A DNA stretch of 64,000 nucleotides from Bdellovibrionales bacterium (GTDB lineage Bacteria; Bdellovibrionota; Bdellovibrionia; Bdellovibrionales; UBA1609), in assembly GCA_020628165.1 (NCBI GenBank), contig JAHDFM010000019.1, positions 10,395-74,394 on the forward strand. The letters are read 5' to 3'. Below, piece by piece: positions 30,156 to 40,189 of the stretch. The position numbers and the translations under genes were made by a program. The notes beneath the pieces were generated by a model. It was not told the DNA's origin. It did not search any database and saw only the letters and a program-made list of their open reading frames with translations. Each line of letters opens with the position of its first letter. The stretch's first letter is position 1.

Positions 30156-30746
30156 ATGAAAGCAATAATAGAAATGCCACGAAAACTCTATGAATGGACG
30201 ATCAAATGGGCCTCTCACCCTAAAGGAGTGATTGCCTATGTTATCATCTCGTTCATTGAGTCTATATTTTTCCCCATTCCAGTTGATCCACTAGTGATGG
30301 CACTTTGTTTGTCTAATTATAAAAAGTCACTTTATTATGCTTTTATTGGTTGCGTGGCCTCTGTGCTCGGCGGAATCGTCGGTTATTACCTTGGTTATGG
30401 AGCCGAATCTTTTGTGATGAGCTCTCTTGGCGATAATGATTTTATTCAAAAAGCCACTGCCATGTTTCAAGAGAACACTTTCAATGCCATGTTCATCGCA
30501 GGCTTTACCTTTCTTCCTTTTAAAGTCTTCGCTATTTCGGCTGGCCTCTCGCAAGTTCCACTCATTCCATTTATATTAGGTTCGCTGGCCGGTCGAGGTC
30601 TACGTTTTTTCTTGGTAGGAGGCCTTATCTATTTTTATGGCCCGCCGATTAAGTCTTTCATCGACAAATACTTAGAAAAAATATTTTTAGCCATTGTTAT
30701 TATATGTGTCGTAGCTTACGTCGCTTTAAAGCTCTTAAAAGGATAA
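30156..30746 (+). CDS. YqaA/DedA (VTT domain) membrane protein
   Basis: ESIFFPIPVD, FLPFKVF, GRGLRFF. Confidence 0.9.
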   Translation: MKAIIEMPRKLYEWTIKWASHPKGVIAYVIISFIESIFFPIPVDPLVMALCLSNYKKSLYYAFIGCVASVLGGIVGYYLGYGAESFVMSSLGDNDFIQKATAMFQENTFNAMFIAGFTFLPFKVFAISAGLSQVPLIPFILGSLAGRGLRFFLVGGLIYFYGPPIKSFIDKYLEKIFLAIVIICVVAYVALKLLKG

Positions 30747-30750
30747 CTGC

Positions 30751-31737
30751 ATGTCCGAAGCTCTCTTTGGTTTATCTACTAAATATGAAGATGCTCACAT
30801 TGTTGTTATTCCTGTTCCATGGGAGGTCACAACCTCATATGGGTCTGGTGCCTCACTAGGACCTGAAGCTATTTTAAAAGCTAGCCCACAACTTGATCTT
30901 TATTCTTACGATAAAGACAATAAAATTAAAAAATCTCCGATTTTTTTTCTAAGCATCGACAAGACTTTAAAAAATAAAAACTTAGAAATGAAAAAACTCT
31001 CACAAGACATCATTGCCACACTCGATAAAGGTGAGTCTTTAAGCCCTCAACAGCATAACAACTTAAACGCTATTAATGGCGAGAGTGAAAGTGTAAACAC
31101 TTATGTTTATACTCAAGCTCAGAAAATTATGGAAGATGGAAAAACTCCAGTTGTTGTTGGTGGCGATCATTCCTCTCCATATGGACTCATTAAATTGCTG
31201 AGTGAAAAACAGGAAGCCTATGAAATACTACACATTGATGCTCATTTAGATTTGCGTGATTCATATCAAGGGTTTAAACACTCGCATGCCTCTATTATGA
31301 AAAATGTTCTTGGCCTTAACAACCCACCCAAAAACATAACCTCAATTGGTATTCGAGATTTTTGCGAAGAAGAAATGAACATCGTTAAGTCAAACAAACT
31401 CAACTGCCTCACCGATTTTGAGCTCGCAAACCAACTCTTTGCTGGTAAAAGTTTTCAAGCCTGCATTCAAGAGCACTTAAGTGTTATAAAACATCCGGTT
31501 TATATCTCATTCGATATTGATGGTTTGAGCCCTGATTTTTGTCCCAACACGGGCACACCTGTTGCCGGTGGTTTGAGTTTTAACCAAGCTCTCTTTGTTT
31601 TAAACTGGGTTAAACAGCATCACAAAGTCATTGGCTTTGACCTTTGTGAAGTTTCTCCTAGCCCCGACCTTAACGATGAGTGGGACGGCAATGTGGGAGC
31701 TCGCATTTTGTTTAACTTGTGCAGCACTTTGTTTTAA
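30751..31737 (+). CDS. speB: Agmatinase (ureohydrolase)
   Basis: GGDHS, DAHLD, SHAS, SFDIDG, TGTP. Confidence 0.85.
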   Translation: MSEALFGLSTKYEDAHIVVIPVPWEVTTSYGSGASLGPEAILKASPQLDLYSYDKDNKIKKSPIFFLSIDKTLKNKNLEMKKLSQDIIATLDKGESLSPQQHNNLNAINGESESVNTYVYTQAQKIMEDGKTPVVVGGDHSSPYGLIKLLSEKQEAYEILHIDAHLDLRDSYQGFKHSHASIMKNVLGLNNPPKNITSIGIRDFCEEEMNIVKSNKLNCLTDFELANQLFAGKSFQACIQEHLSVIKHPVYISFDIDGLSPDFCPNTGTPVAGGLSFNQALFVLNWVKQHHKVIGFDLCEVSPSPDLNDEWDGNVGARILFNLCSTLF

Positions 31738-31820
31738 CTGCAACTCATTTTTTTGTTGAGTGCATAAGTTTTTTCTCTCTACTTTTGCTATAGGGTTTGG
31801 TGATCAAAACTTCTTCAGCA

Positions 31821-31946
31821 TTAAATCCTCATCTCAACAACTCTTTACTCGTACTCAAACAGCCATGGGCAGCACCGCTCGCCACTGGCGAGCACCGCAC
31901 CCACGGAACTCCGTGCGAGCAAAGTGTTGTTGAGATGAGGATTTAA
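31821..31946. repeat. 126-bp nested palindromic element (MITE-like or structured RNA)
   Basis: Perfect 21-bp arms TTAAATCCTCATCTCAACAAC and a GC-rich inner hairpin GCTCGCCACTGGCGAGC. Confidence 0.8.
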
Positions 31947-32197
31947 AATTGAAAATTTTTTTGGGTTTCTTAACTTTGACGTTGTTCTGGTTTGGTTTGG
32001 TTTCGCTGCTTATTTGGCGCTAATGCTCATTGTGTACTTTTTATACATAAGTCATTAACCTTAACTAACTTATAAAATAATTGTGTTTCATTTTTATGAT
32101 TTAACTTGTTTATGATTTTTTTATTTTTAAGTTCAAGAAAAGCAATGTAGCTCTACTTTTTTGATATGCCAACTAAAAATTATATTTATGTATTTCT

Positions 32198-33571
32198 TTA
32201 TCGGCTTAAGAAAGTTTCATCTAGTAGACCGTTTTCTAAAAACTCTAGTAGGTCGTCTTTTTGTTCTTGTGTGAGGTTGAGGCCCTCTTTGTATATGTTT
32301 AATGGGACGCGGCTCAGCTTGTCTTCCATCCTGGCTGCGTTTTTATCTGTAATCAATTCTAGTTCGTAATGTTTCCTAAAACTTTGTGGAATTTCGTAAT
32401 TTAAATTTCCTTCGCGAATATTGTTTTTAAATTCGATAACATCCCTCAATGTCTCGAAAGCACCATTATGCATGTAGGGAGCTGACAGCTTTACGTTGCG
32501 TAAGCCTGGAACTTTGAACTTGTACTTATCGCTATCGTTATTTGTCACTTGCTCTCTACCCGTGTCGTTTATAAATGGTTTGAAACCTAAAAATGGCGTT
32601 GCGATATTTTCAAAGCTCTCTCTGGTGAACATTGTTCCCGTATGGCAGAATTGACATTGTCCGACGCCGTAAAAAACCTTCATGCCTTGTTTTTGTTGTT
32701 CGTTCATTGCCGTTAAATCACCATTTAAATAACGATCAAATGGAGTGTCGTTGGCTAAGAACTGAGTTTTGAAAAAAGCTTTTATAGCTCTTGCAATATG
32801 ACCTGGGTGAATTTCATCAAGAGGTGTGTTCGGAAAAGCATTTCTAAAAAACAACTGGTAATTACTTTGCGATAGAACTCGTTCGTTTAATACTTTGTCC
32901 CAAATAGCAGCATGGTTTTCTTTGCCCAGATTTGCAATCTCATTGTCAAAACCTAAGAACTCTACCGGTGTTATGATTGGAAACAATGGCTGTATTCCAG
33001 GACCAGTCTCCATCAGTTCTGGAATGTCTGGACGAAATGGTGAGGTGCCCGAAATTTCTGGAGCCGGTGTTTGCACCACACCAGGCGACACTAATTCAAT
33101 GCGACCATCCCACAGAGCAAACTTTTGCCCCTTTAAACCTTTGTTGAATAATGCAGGAGCATGTCTAGGCATAGGCTCACTTTTACCATTGATTTGTTTT
33201 CTATTGGGAAACTCACCCTCTCCGCCAGTTCCAATAGGAAGAGGTAAGCCGTCACCTGTTCCGGCCTCATTGAAGTGGCAAGTTGCACACGACGTGTCTT
33301 TGTCACCGCTCAGTAAAGTTTCATTAAAAAGTGCTTCACCTAAAATAATAAGAGCTTCATCTTCTTCTTCAACATTAGGAAATGGCGTTAACTTGTTTTG
33401 ACTGATAATAACTTGCAACTCACTGTCTATAGGTGAAATCTGTAATAACTGACTTGAGTTTCCAGCTGTATCTAATAAGTCAAATTGTCCGCAGTTAGTA
33501 AAGTTAAACGCAACAAACAGCAAACCAAAGATGATACCAACTAATGCAATGTATCTCACCATCATACTCAT
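32198..33571 (-). CDS. Diheme cytochrome c peroxidase/MauG-family lipoprotein, copy B
   Basis: CATCH, CQFCH, LWDGR, FKVPGLRNV, APYMHNG; FTNC signal. Confidence 0.9.
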   Translation of the reverse strand: MSMMVRYIALVGIIFGLLFVAFNFTNCGQFDLLDTAGNSSQLLQISPIDSELQVIISQNKLTPFPNVEEEDEALIILGEALFNETLLSGDKDTSCATCHFNEAGTGDGLPLPIGTGGEGEFPNRKQINGKSEPMPRHAPALFNKGLKGQKFALWDGRIELVSPGVVQTPAPEISGTSPFRPDIPELMETGPGIQPLFPIITPVEFLGFDNEIANLGKENHAAIWDKVLNERVLSQSNYQLFFRNAFPNTPLDEIHPGHIARAIKAFFKTQFLANDTPFDRYLNGDLTAMNEQQKQGMKVFYGVGQCQFCHTGTMFTRESFENIATPFLGFKPFINDTGREQVTNNDSDKYKFKVPGLRNVKLSAPYMHNGAFETLRDVIEFKNNIREGNLNYEIPQSFRKHYELELITDKNAARMEDKLSRVPLNIYKEGLNLTQEQKDDLLEFLENGLLDETFLSR

Positions 33572-33577
33572 ACTTAC

Positions 33578-34912
33578 CTATCTATTTTTAAAGGTTTCAT
33601 CCAACAATCCATTTTCTAAGAAGTCGACTAAATTTTGTTGTTCCTCTGGTCTTAAATTAATTCCTGCTTTTAATCGTGGATCACTCACTTGATCGATACG
33701 TTCTTGGTTGCGAGCACTGTCGTTGTCAAAAATTAAAGTCAACTCATAGTGTTGCTGAAAACTTGGTGGAATAGTGTAATTGTTAATGCTACTTTCTACG
33801 TTACTGTAATGTGAGATAACACTCTCTAAAGTATCAAAAGCACCATTGTGCATATAAGGAGCCGACAACTTTACATTTCTTAAACCTGGAGTTTTAAAGT
33901 GGTATCTATCAGCAGGGTTGCCCGTGTCATCTTCACGACCGCGATCATCTTGAAAAGGCGCAAACGTTAACTGCGGAACAGCAATGCCCTCAAAGTCATT
34001 ATTAGTGAAAGTATTGCCTGTGTGACAAACGTTGCAAGCGCCGTTGGTATAGAAAGTTCGCATTCCCAATTTTTGATTTTCTGTAAGTGCGTGGATATCA
34101 CCGGCGATGTACTTATCAAAAGGTGAATTGTTAGCTACAAATGTTGTCCTAGTGTAGGCACGGATCGCCCTGGAAATATGACCAGGATTTAAGTTATTAG
34201 TAGCAACATTTGGATAAGCTTGACTAAACAAGGTCACATATTTGGTCTGAGTTAATAACCTTTGAAAAAGAACTGTGTCCCATATCACTGATGGGTTGCC
34301 AAGATTAGCTAAAGGATTGTTAACCCCTAAGAATTCAGTTCGGTTAATTATTGGAAACAGTGGCTGAATATCAAAAGCGTTCTCAAACATGCTGGTAATG
34401 TCAGACCGTTGCGGATTGGGGCCGGAAAGAATCGCTAGAGGTGTACTTGGGACACCATTAATTAAATTCAAACGTCCGTCCCACAAAGCGTGAGTCCTTC
34501 CATCTCGGCCCGTATTGAACAAAGCCATCGAGTGGCGACGCATTGGTAAAACCCCGGCGACCTGTCTTCGATTAGGAAAGGTGCCCGTTGTTCCAGAACC
34601 CAACGACAATGGCAAACCATCACCACTTCCAAGGTTAGGACTGTGACAAGAGGCGCAAGATACATCATTCAATCCACTCATACTTGTATCAAAAAATAAT
34701 TCCTTTCCCAGCGCAACAAGTTGTGGACTTTCTGCAGAGGGAGACTCCAAGGGAACAAGATCATTTGCCGCGATAATTAAATCTAATTGCTTGTCCAAGT
34801 CCGACTTAACACTTGTGACAAAACGACGACTGCTTCGGCCACAGTTTGTAAATGTAAAAGCAAGTAAGCTGATGCCAGTTATTAATACAATGAATGGAAA
34901 TAACTTTTTCAT
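33578..34912 (-). CDS. Diheme cytochrome c peroxidase/MauG-family lipoprotein, copy A
   Basis: CASCH, CNVCH, LWDGR, FKTPGLRNV, APYMHNG; FTNC signal. Confidence 0.9.
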   Translation of the reverse strand: MKKLFPFIVLITGISLLAFTFTNCGRSSRRFVTSVKSDLDKQLDLIIAANDLVPLESPSAESPQLVALGKELFFDTSMSGLNDVSCASCHSPNLGSGDGLPLSLGSGTTGTFPNRRQVAGVLPMRRHSMALFNTGRDGRTHALWDGRLNLINGVPSTPLAILSGPNPQRSDITSMFENAFDIQPLFPIINRTEFLGVNNPLANLGNPSVIWDTVLFQRLLTQTKYVTLFSQAYPNVATNNLNPGHISRAIRAYTRTTFVANNSPFDKYIAGDIHALTENQKLGMRTFYTNGACNVCHTGNTFTNNDFEGIAVPQLTFAPFQDDRGREDDTGNPADRYHFKTPGLRNVKLSAPYMHNGAFDTLESVISHYSNVESSINNYTIPPSFQQHYELTLIFDNDSARNQERIDQVSDPRLKAGINLRPEEQQNLVDFLENGLLDETFKNR

Positions 34913-35286
34913 AGATGTCCCCTATCTTCATTATAAAATCGGAAAAAACCCTTTAATAGTTTAGCTTTAATTGAACAATTCCTCGACTTTTGATGGGCCA
35001 TTGTGTTTCATATCGAGACGAATTTTAAAGTGGCGAAAGAAAAAAGGTGATCGCGAGCAGAATCATTACCGTTGCAATGACTTATCCCAGCAAAATGATC
35101 TCATCAGAACTAATGACCTTTTCATTCAAAGTTCATAAAAATGTTCAAAGACAAACGCATATATCTATGTCAAATAAAAGACTGTGCGCCTCCAACTTTA
35201 ATAACTAAATAAAATATTTAAATATGAGTACCTGGATGAACATTTTTGATGTTTAGAAAAAAATTAATTTGTGTTAAATATTTATT

Positions 35287-35712
35287 ATGGATTCTTGGTA
35301 TAAAAATGGATTAAAATTTGAATGTCAGGGTTCAGGAAAATGCTGCACCTCTCATGGTGAGTATGGCTATGTTTACCTTACAAATAAAGACATAAAAAAA
35401 GCCAGTCAGTTTTTAAACTTAACTGTGAAAAAATTTATAAATGAATACTGTGAACTTGATCACGACAGTGAAAGTTACTTTTTAAATCAAGGCTCTGACA
35501 AAGATTGTCTTTTTCTTCAAAACAAGAAATGCAGTATTTATACTGCAAGGCCAATGCAGTGTAAGACATGGCCTTTTTGGCCAGAAACAATGAACGCTAA
35601 AACATGGAAAAAAGAAGTGGCCAACTTTTGCCCTGGCATAAACAAAGGGCGCCTATATAGCGCCCAAGAGATCGATAATATTGTTAATGAGCAATTGCTC
35701 AGTGAGATTTAA
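35287..35712 (+). CDS. YkgJ-family cysteine cluster protein
   Basis: CQGSGKCC, CLFL, CSIYTARPMQCKTWPFW, CPG. Confidence 0.9.
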   Translation: MDSWYKNGLKFECQGSGKCCTSHGEYGYVYLTNKDIKKASQFLNLTVKKFINEYCELDHDSESYFLNQGSDKDCLFLQNKKCSIYTARPMQCKTWPFWPETMNAKTWKKEVANFCPGINKGRLYSAQEIDNIVNEQLLSEI

Positions 35713-35743
35713 AAAAGCGTAGTTATCATCCTGATAAAAACGC
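35711..35743 (-). terminator. Probable intrinsic terminator of dksA
   Basis: Imperfect hairpin GCGT..TTATCA/TGATAA..ACGC followed by a T6 tract on the minus strand. Confidence 0.5.
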
Positions 35744-35758
35744 CCCCAAACACAAATT

Positions 35759-36130
35759 TTAGCGCGCGTAACGCTTACCCATACTTTCTCTAATTTCAGC
35801 ACCTTCTATGCTTAGGCGTGTCCACGGGATGGCCAGTAAGCGCTCATTTTCGATAAGCTCTTCTGTTTCTTCGCACACACCATAGGTGCCTGATTCAATT
35901 CTGGCTAAAGCCATTTCAATTTCAACAAGTTGTTTTCTAAAACGCTCGTTAAGACGCAAAAATTGGCTCTCTTCCAAGGCTCTAACCGTGAGGTCACCCT
36001 CATCGCCACCTTTATTGTCTTCTCTGTTGAAGTTCTCTCTCGCCTCTTTGATGCGGTTCAGTATATCTTCTTTGGATAGCAATAGCTTCTGTTTGCATTT
36101 TTCGACCAAGTCTTTTGGTAGTGTAGACAT
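35759..36130 (-). CDS. dksA: DksA/TraR family transcription factor
   Basis: Coiled coil with DEGD tip, ALARIESGTYGVCEET, RLLAIPW. Confidence 0.85.
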   Translation of the reverse strand: MSTLPKDLVEKCKQKLLLSKEDILNRIKEARENFNREDNKGGDEGDLTVRALEESQFLRLNERFRKQLVEIEMALARIESGTYGVCEETEELIENERLLAIPWTRLSIEGAEIRESMGKRYAR

Positions 36131-36421
36131 AATTCCCTCCCTGTCGTTCCGTTAGCAACTTGTTAGTGCCAAAGTGGAACTGAACTATTTACACACTGAC
36201 CAGGTAATTTTTGCAAGAACTTTTTCTTAAAAACCCTTAATGTGCTTAAATATACTACATTAGTCTGGTTCAACCGATTGGACGAAAGTAAAGCCCATAG
36301 GGATTTTCAAAAACTTAAATTATCTAAAATTATATTATCTGTATGCGTCACGTTGCGACAATTAAAAACATTCTACACTCCCTTAAAATGATTATCTCAA
36401 AAAAATAAGTTACCTTCGGCT

Positions 36422-37369
36422 ATGACATTAATTACTGCGCTATTATTACTATTATTAGGTTTTGTATTACTTGTTTTTGGTGGAGACTTACTTGTTAAGG
36501 GCGCCATTGGCCTTGCGGAGAAGCTAAATGTCTCCCCATTAATAATTGGCTTAACAATTGTAGCCGCTGGCACATCAGCCCCAGAAATTATCACTAGCTT
36601 CATGGCATCTATGAAAGGCAATCCTGACATTGCCATTGGCAACATCGTCGGCTCGAACCTTTTTAATATGTTAGGTATCTTAGGTGTTACTTCATTATTA
36701 ACAGTGAACATCATTAGTAAAACCATTATCAAATCTGAATTTGTACTGTTGGTCTTTTTTACTTTGGCTTTTATGGGACTCACCTGGGACCAGCAAGTAA
36801 CGATGACTGACTCTTCAATTTTTATAGCCTTGTTGGTTGGGTTTATTTTATTCACCATCTACAGAGCCAAAAAATATAAGTTACAACCTGTCGACGAAGA
36901 AGAACTTGAAAGTTACTCAAACTTTAAAGTCACCTTACTCGCACTCATTGGAGGCTTTGTTTTATTAATAGTTGGTTCTGAATTTGCTCTTCGAGCAGGG
37001 ATTCGCCTTGGGCAAATAGCTGGCCTCTCAGACAGAATTATTGGGCTTACCATCATATCGGTTGGAACTGGTTTACCAGAACTTGCCGCCTCAGCAATGG
37101 CTGCTCTTCGCAAACAAGGAGATCTAGCTTTTTCTAATATTATTGGGTCAAACATTATTAATACCCTGGGCATTCCTGCCACTGCAGGCTTATTTGCTAC
37201 GGCGCAAATTGATGCCTCTATTGTACAATTTGACTCACCTATTTTGCTTATATCTACTTTACTGATCTTCCCACTAGCTTACATTTGTAAATTTAGGTTT
37301 TCTAAAGTGAGTGGGCTCATACTCACCATTGCTTATTCAAGTTATATTGCTTATTTGTGTTTTAATTAA
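36422..37369 (+). CDS. Calcium/sodium antiporter (YrbG-like)
   Basis: Alpha repeats GTSAPE/GNIVGSN and GTGLPE/NIIGSN. Confidence 0.92.
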   Translation: MTLITALLLLLLGFVLLVFGGDLLVKGAIGLAEKLNVSPLIIGLTIVAAGTSAPEIITSFMASMKGNPDIAIGNIVGSNLFNMLGILGVTSLLTVNIISKTIIKSEFVLLVFFTLAFMGLTWDQQVTMTDSSIFIALLVGFILFTIYRAKKYKLQPVDEEELESYSNFKVTLLALIGGFVLLIVGSEFALRAGIRLGQIAGLSDRIIGLTIISVGTGLPELAASAMAALRKQGDLAFSNIIGSNIINTLGIPATAGLFATAQIDASIVQFDSPILLISTLLIFPLAYICKFRFSKVSGLILTIAYSSYIAYLCFN

Positions 37370-37596
37370 TTGCCATGGCCCATATTCGTAAATAGGCATT
37401 AAAATTTATAGTGGAGATAGGGTCTTAACTATGTTGAAAAAATAAAGTTTAATTTTCAATCATAAATTGTTGAGCTTGCAGAATGGAAATCCTCAGCGAA
37501 TTCTTAATTGAGCCTATTTTTTTAAGGTAATGGTTCATTTTAAACTTTCTATCATTCAATATCGTTTATAATAAATTTGATATTATGATGTATGAT

Positions 37597-38091
37597 TTAC
37601 TTATTTCTGTAAGAGGAAATATCTATAACATCTGCGTCTTTTTCAAGTGTTCGCTTCTTTTTAACAGGTTCGCTCTGTGAGCCCCTGTTTTCAAATGGGT
37701 TTCCAGTGTAAACATGAATTTTGCCAATGTTGATGCCTTTTTGAAAAAGTTTTTTCAAACTGATCACCCAAAAGTTTCTGGCAAAAGGAAGAATGAAGCT
37801 CATACCCAAAGCGTCGGTAATAAAACCAGGAGCGATCATCAAAAGTCCACCTACAAAAACCAAAAGGGCTTCGATAAAAAAAGTCGATGGTTCTTTGCCT
37901 GAACGCAATTGCGATTCAATTTGCCCTAAAACCTGCTTGCCTTGTGTTTTAGCGGCATAAGCACCGATGATGCCAGATACAATGATCAGCCCGACGGTGT
38001 CCCACGTACCGATCACTTCACCCACTTTTAAAAGCAGATAAATCTCAGCTAAGGGAACTAATGTAAAAATCGCAAATAAAATAAAAAACAA
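37597..38091 (-). CDS. fxsA: FxsA family membrane protein
   Basis: VPLAEIYLL, GGLLMIAPGFITDALG. Confidence 0.88.
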   Translation of the reverse strand: MFFILFAIFTLVPLAEIYLLLKVGEVIGTWDTVGLIIVSGIIGAYAAKTQGKQVLGQIESQLRSGKEPSTFFIEALLVFVGGLLMIAPGFITDALGMSFILPFARNFWVISLKKLFQKGINIGKIHVYTGNPFENRGSQSEPVKKKRTLEKDADVIDISSYRNK

Positions 38092-38859
38092 TCACAACTC
38101 CATTTCTATAATGACTGGGCAGTGATCAGATCCATGTTGGTCTTGTAAGACTTGAGCTGAACTGACCTTGTCCATTAGACCCTTTGTAGCACAAATGTAG
38201 TCAATTCTCCAGCCCCTATTGGTTTTCCTTGCGTTCTCACGGTAAGACCACCATGAAAATTGACCTTCTTTGTCCGGGTGGAACTCTCTAAATGTATCGT
38301 AAAATCCAATACTTAAAAAATAATCCAGCCACTCTCGCTCTTCCGGCAAAAAGCCACTCACTCGTGACAACTTTACAGGGTCATAAACATCATGCTCTTT
38401 ATGAGCCACGTTGTAGTCTCCCAAAACAATAACTTCTTCACCAGAGTCAATGAGCTTCTTTAAGTACTTAGTGAATCTTTTTAAAAAATCTTGCTTAAAC
38501 AAATGCCGTTCTTCACGTGCTGATCCGTTGGGGAAATAAACATTAAATACAGTGAAGCCCTTATGTTTGGTCACAACAAAACGGCCCTCCGTATCAAATT
38601 TTCTTATGCCTATCCCATAGTTTTGTTGTAAGCAGTCCTCTTTAAGAAAAGTGGCTGTTCCTGAGTAGCCCTTTCTAAAAGCCGCTGACCAATATGAAGT
38701 TCGGCCGTTTAAGTTCACTAACTCCGGCTCTAGTTGACCCGGGTGAGCCTTAGTTTCTTGCAAACAAAATATGTCGGGATCCTGTTGTGTATAAAAATCT
38801 AATAAACCCTTCTGAGCACAAGCTCTAATTCCATTCACATTCCAAGATATAATTTTCAA
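38092..38859 (-). CDS. xth: Exodeoxyribonuclease III
   Basis: SWNVNGIRA, LQETK, GDYNVAH, GWRIDY, SDHCP. Confidence 0.96.
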   Translation of the reverse strand: MKIISWNVNGIRACAQKGLLDFYTQQDPDIFCLQETKAHPGQLEPELVNLNGRTSYWSAAFRKGYSGTATFLKEDCLQQNYGIGIRKFDTEGRFVVTKHKGFTVFNVYFPNGSAREERHLFKQDFLKRFTKYLKKLIDSGEEVIVLGDYNVAHKEHDVYDPVKLSRVSGFLPEEREWLDYFLSIGFYDTFREFHPDKEGQFSWWSYRENARKTNRGWRIDYICATKGLMDKVSSAQVLQDQHGSDHCPVIIEMEL

Positions 38860-38922
38860 TGGGACCTCGTCTTTACTTTAAATACATGTTGCTTCTGAAC
38901 CAGATAATTTATAAAAAAAAAT

Positions 38923-40083
38923 ATGTCTGATCTCAGTTCTTTTCATATGAAAATTAAGCAATCGTTACAAGAAAATTATCCAAATTTAAACACTGACCTT
39001 GATAAATACTTAAATGTTTTTAGTCCGAACACAGTTGAGCTTGACCATTCTATTTTGCAACAAATAAAAAACTTTGTAAGTGTCGCCTTTAAACTTTCAC
39101 GCCATGAAAATTTACAAAAGCAACTTTTTGAACTTTACCCAGAAAAAGCAAATAACATTTATAAAAAAGCTCCAAACCAATCTGTTTTGATGTCTTATGA
39201 TTTTCATATCACTGATCAACATATAAAACTGATTGAAATCAACACAAATGCTTCAAGTTTCACTATTGGCAATGTTATATCAGAGTTGCAGCACAAAAAA
39301 TCACATATAGAAGCGATTAAACAGAGCTTTCATCAAGAAATCAAACACACCGGTAAAAAACAAGTGAACCTTGCTATCATTGATGATTGTCCGTCAGAAC
39401 AAAAACTATATTTGGAATTTTTACTTTACAAAGAGCTCTTTAAAAGATGGGGACACACTTGCTCCATCATAGATGTGGATCAACTGCAGCTTAAAAATGG
39501 TGTCCCCATTGACTCATCAGGCACTCCTATTGATTTTATCTACAATCGCTACTGTGACTTTTACTTAGAAGAAGATCGATCAAAACAACTGCTGGAGGCT
39601 TACCTTAATCAAAAAGTGATTTTGAGCCCGCAACCCAAAGAGTATTTTTTACTCGCAGACAAACAAAGAATGACCGACTGGCAAACACTAAATCTCGATG
39701 AGTACATTAACTCTGAAGAGCAAGATATCTTGTTTTCGACGCTTTTAGAGTCACGACTCATCAAACATTTTGATGCTGAAACACTTTGGCAAAATAAAAA
39801 GAAATATTTTTTTAAACCAGCACAGTCCTTTGGTGGCAAGTCAGCCTATCGCGGTAAAAACATCACCAAAAAAGTGTTTCAAAGATTACTCAATGAAAAC
39901 ACTCTCGTACAAGAGTATGCAGCTCCTGGCACCATTGAAGCACAAGACCAAAAGTGGAAATACGATTTAAGAGTTTATTGTTATCAAGATAAAATAGATC
40001 AAATTGTCGCAAGAACCTACCAAGGTCAAACAACCAATGCTTCCACCCTGGGAGGGGGCATAAGTCTAGTCACATTTAATTAA
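38923..40083 (+). CDS. Circularly permuted ATP-grasp ligase-like protein
   Basis: YDFH...LIEINTNA, IYNR, ADK, FKPAQSFGGK, VQEY, YDLR. Confidence 0.75.
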   Translation: MSDLSSFHMKIKQSLQENYPNLNTDLDKYLNVFSPNTVELDHSILQQIKNFVSVAFKLSRHENLQKQLFELYPEKANNIYKKAPNQSVLMSYDFHITDQHIKLIEINTNASSFTIGNVISELQHKKSHIEAIKQSFHQEIKHTGKKQVNLAIIDDCPSEQKLYLEFLLYKELFKRWGHTCSIIDVDQLQLKNGVPIDSSGTPIDFIYNRYCDFYLEEDRSKQLLEAYLNQKVILSPQPKEYFLLADKQRMTDWQTLNLDEYINSEEQDILFSTLLESRLIKHFDAETLWQNKKKYFFKPAQSFGGKSAYRGKNITKKVFQRLLNENTLVQEYAAPGTIEAQDQKWKYDLRVYCYQDKIDQIVARTYQGQTTNASTLGGGISLVTFN

Positions 40084-40189
40084 AATACAGCAGGACCAAA
40101 GTTATATTAGGCCTAAATATTTTATGACAAAAGTGTGTTTATCACCAGCAAACGTAGAGTTAAAGCTGATTTAAGGCGATAATACACTT

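Noticed and set aside
21590-31737. speA and speB as a novel polyamine cluster
   Set aside because: Standard arginine-agmatine-putrescine route, and the genes are separated by unrelated loci.
37370-37596. Short minus-strand ORF fragments between the antiporter and fxsA
   Set aside because: Each is under 40 codons with no motif; cannot be told apart from AT-rich noise.
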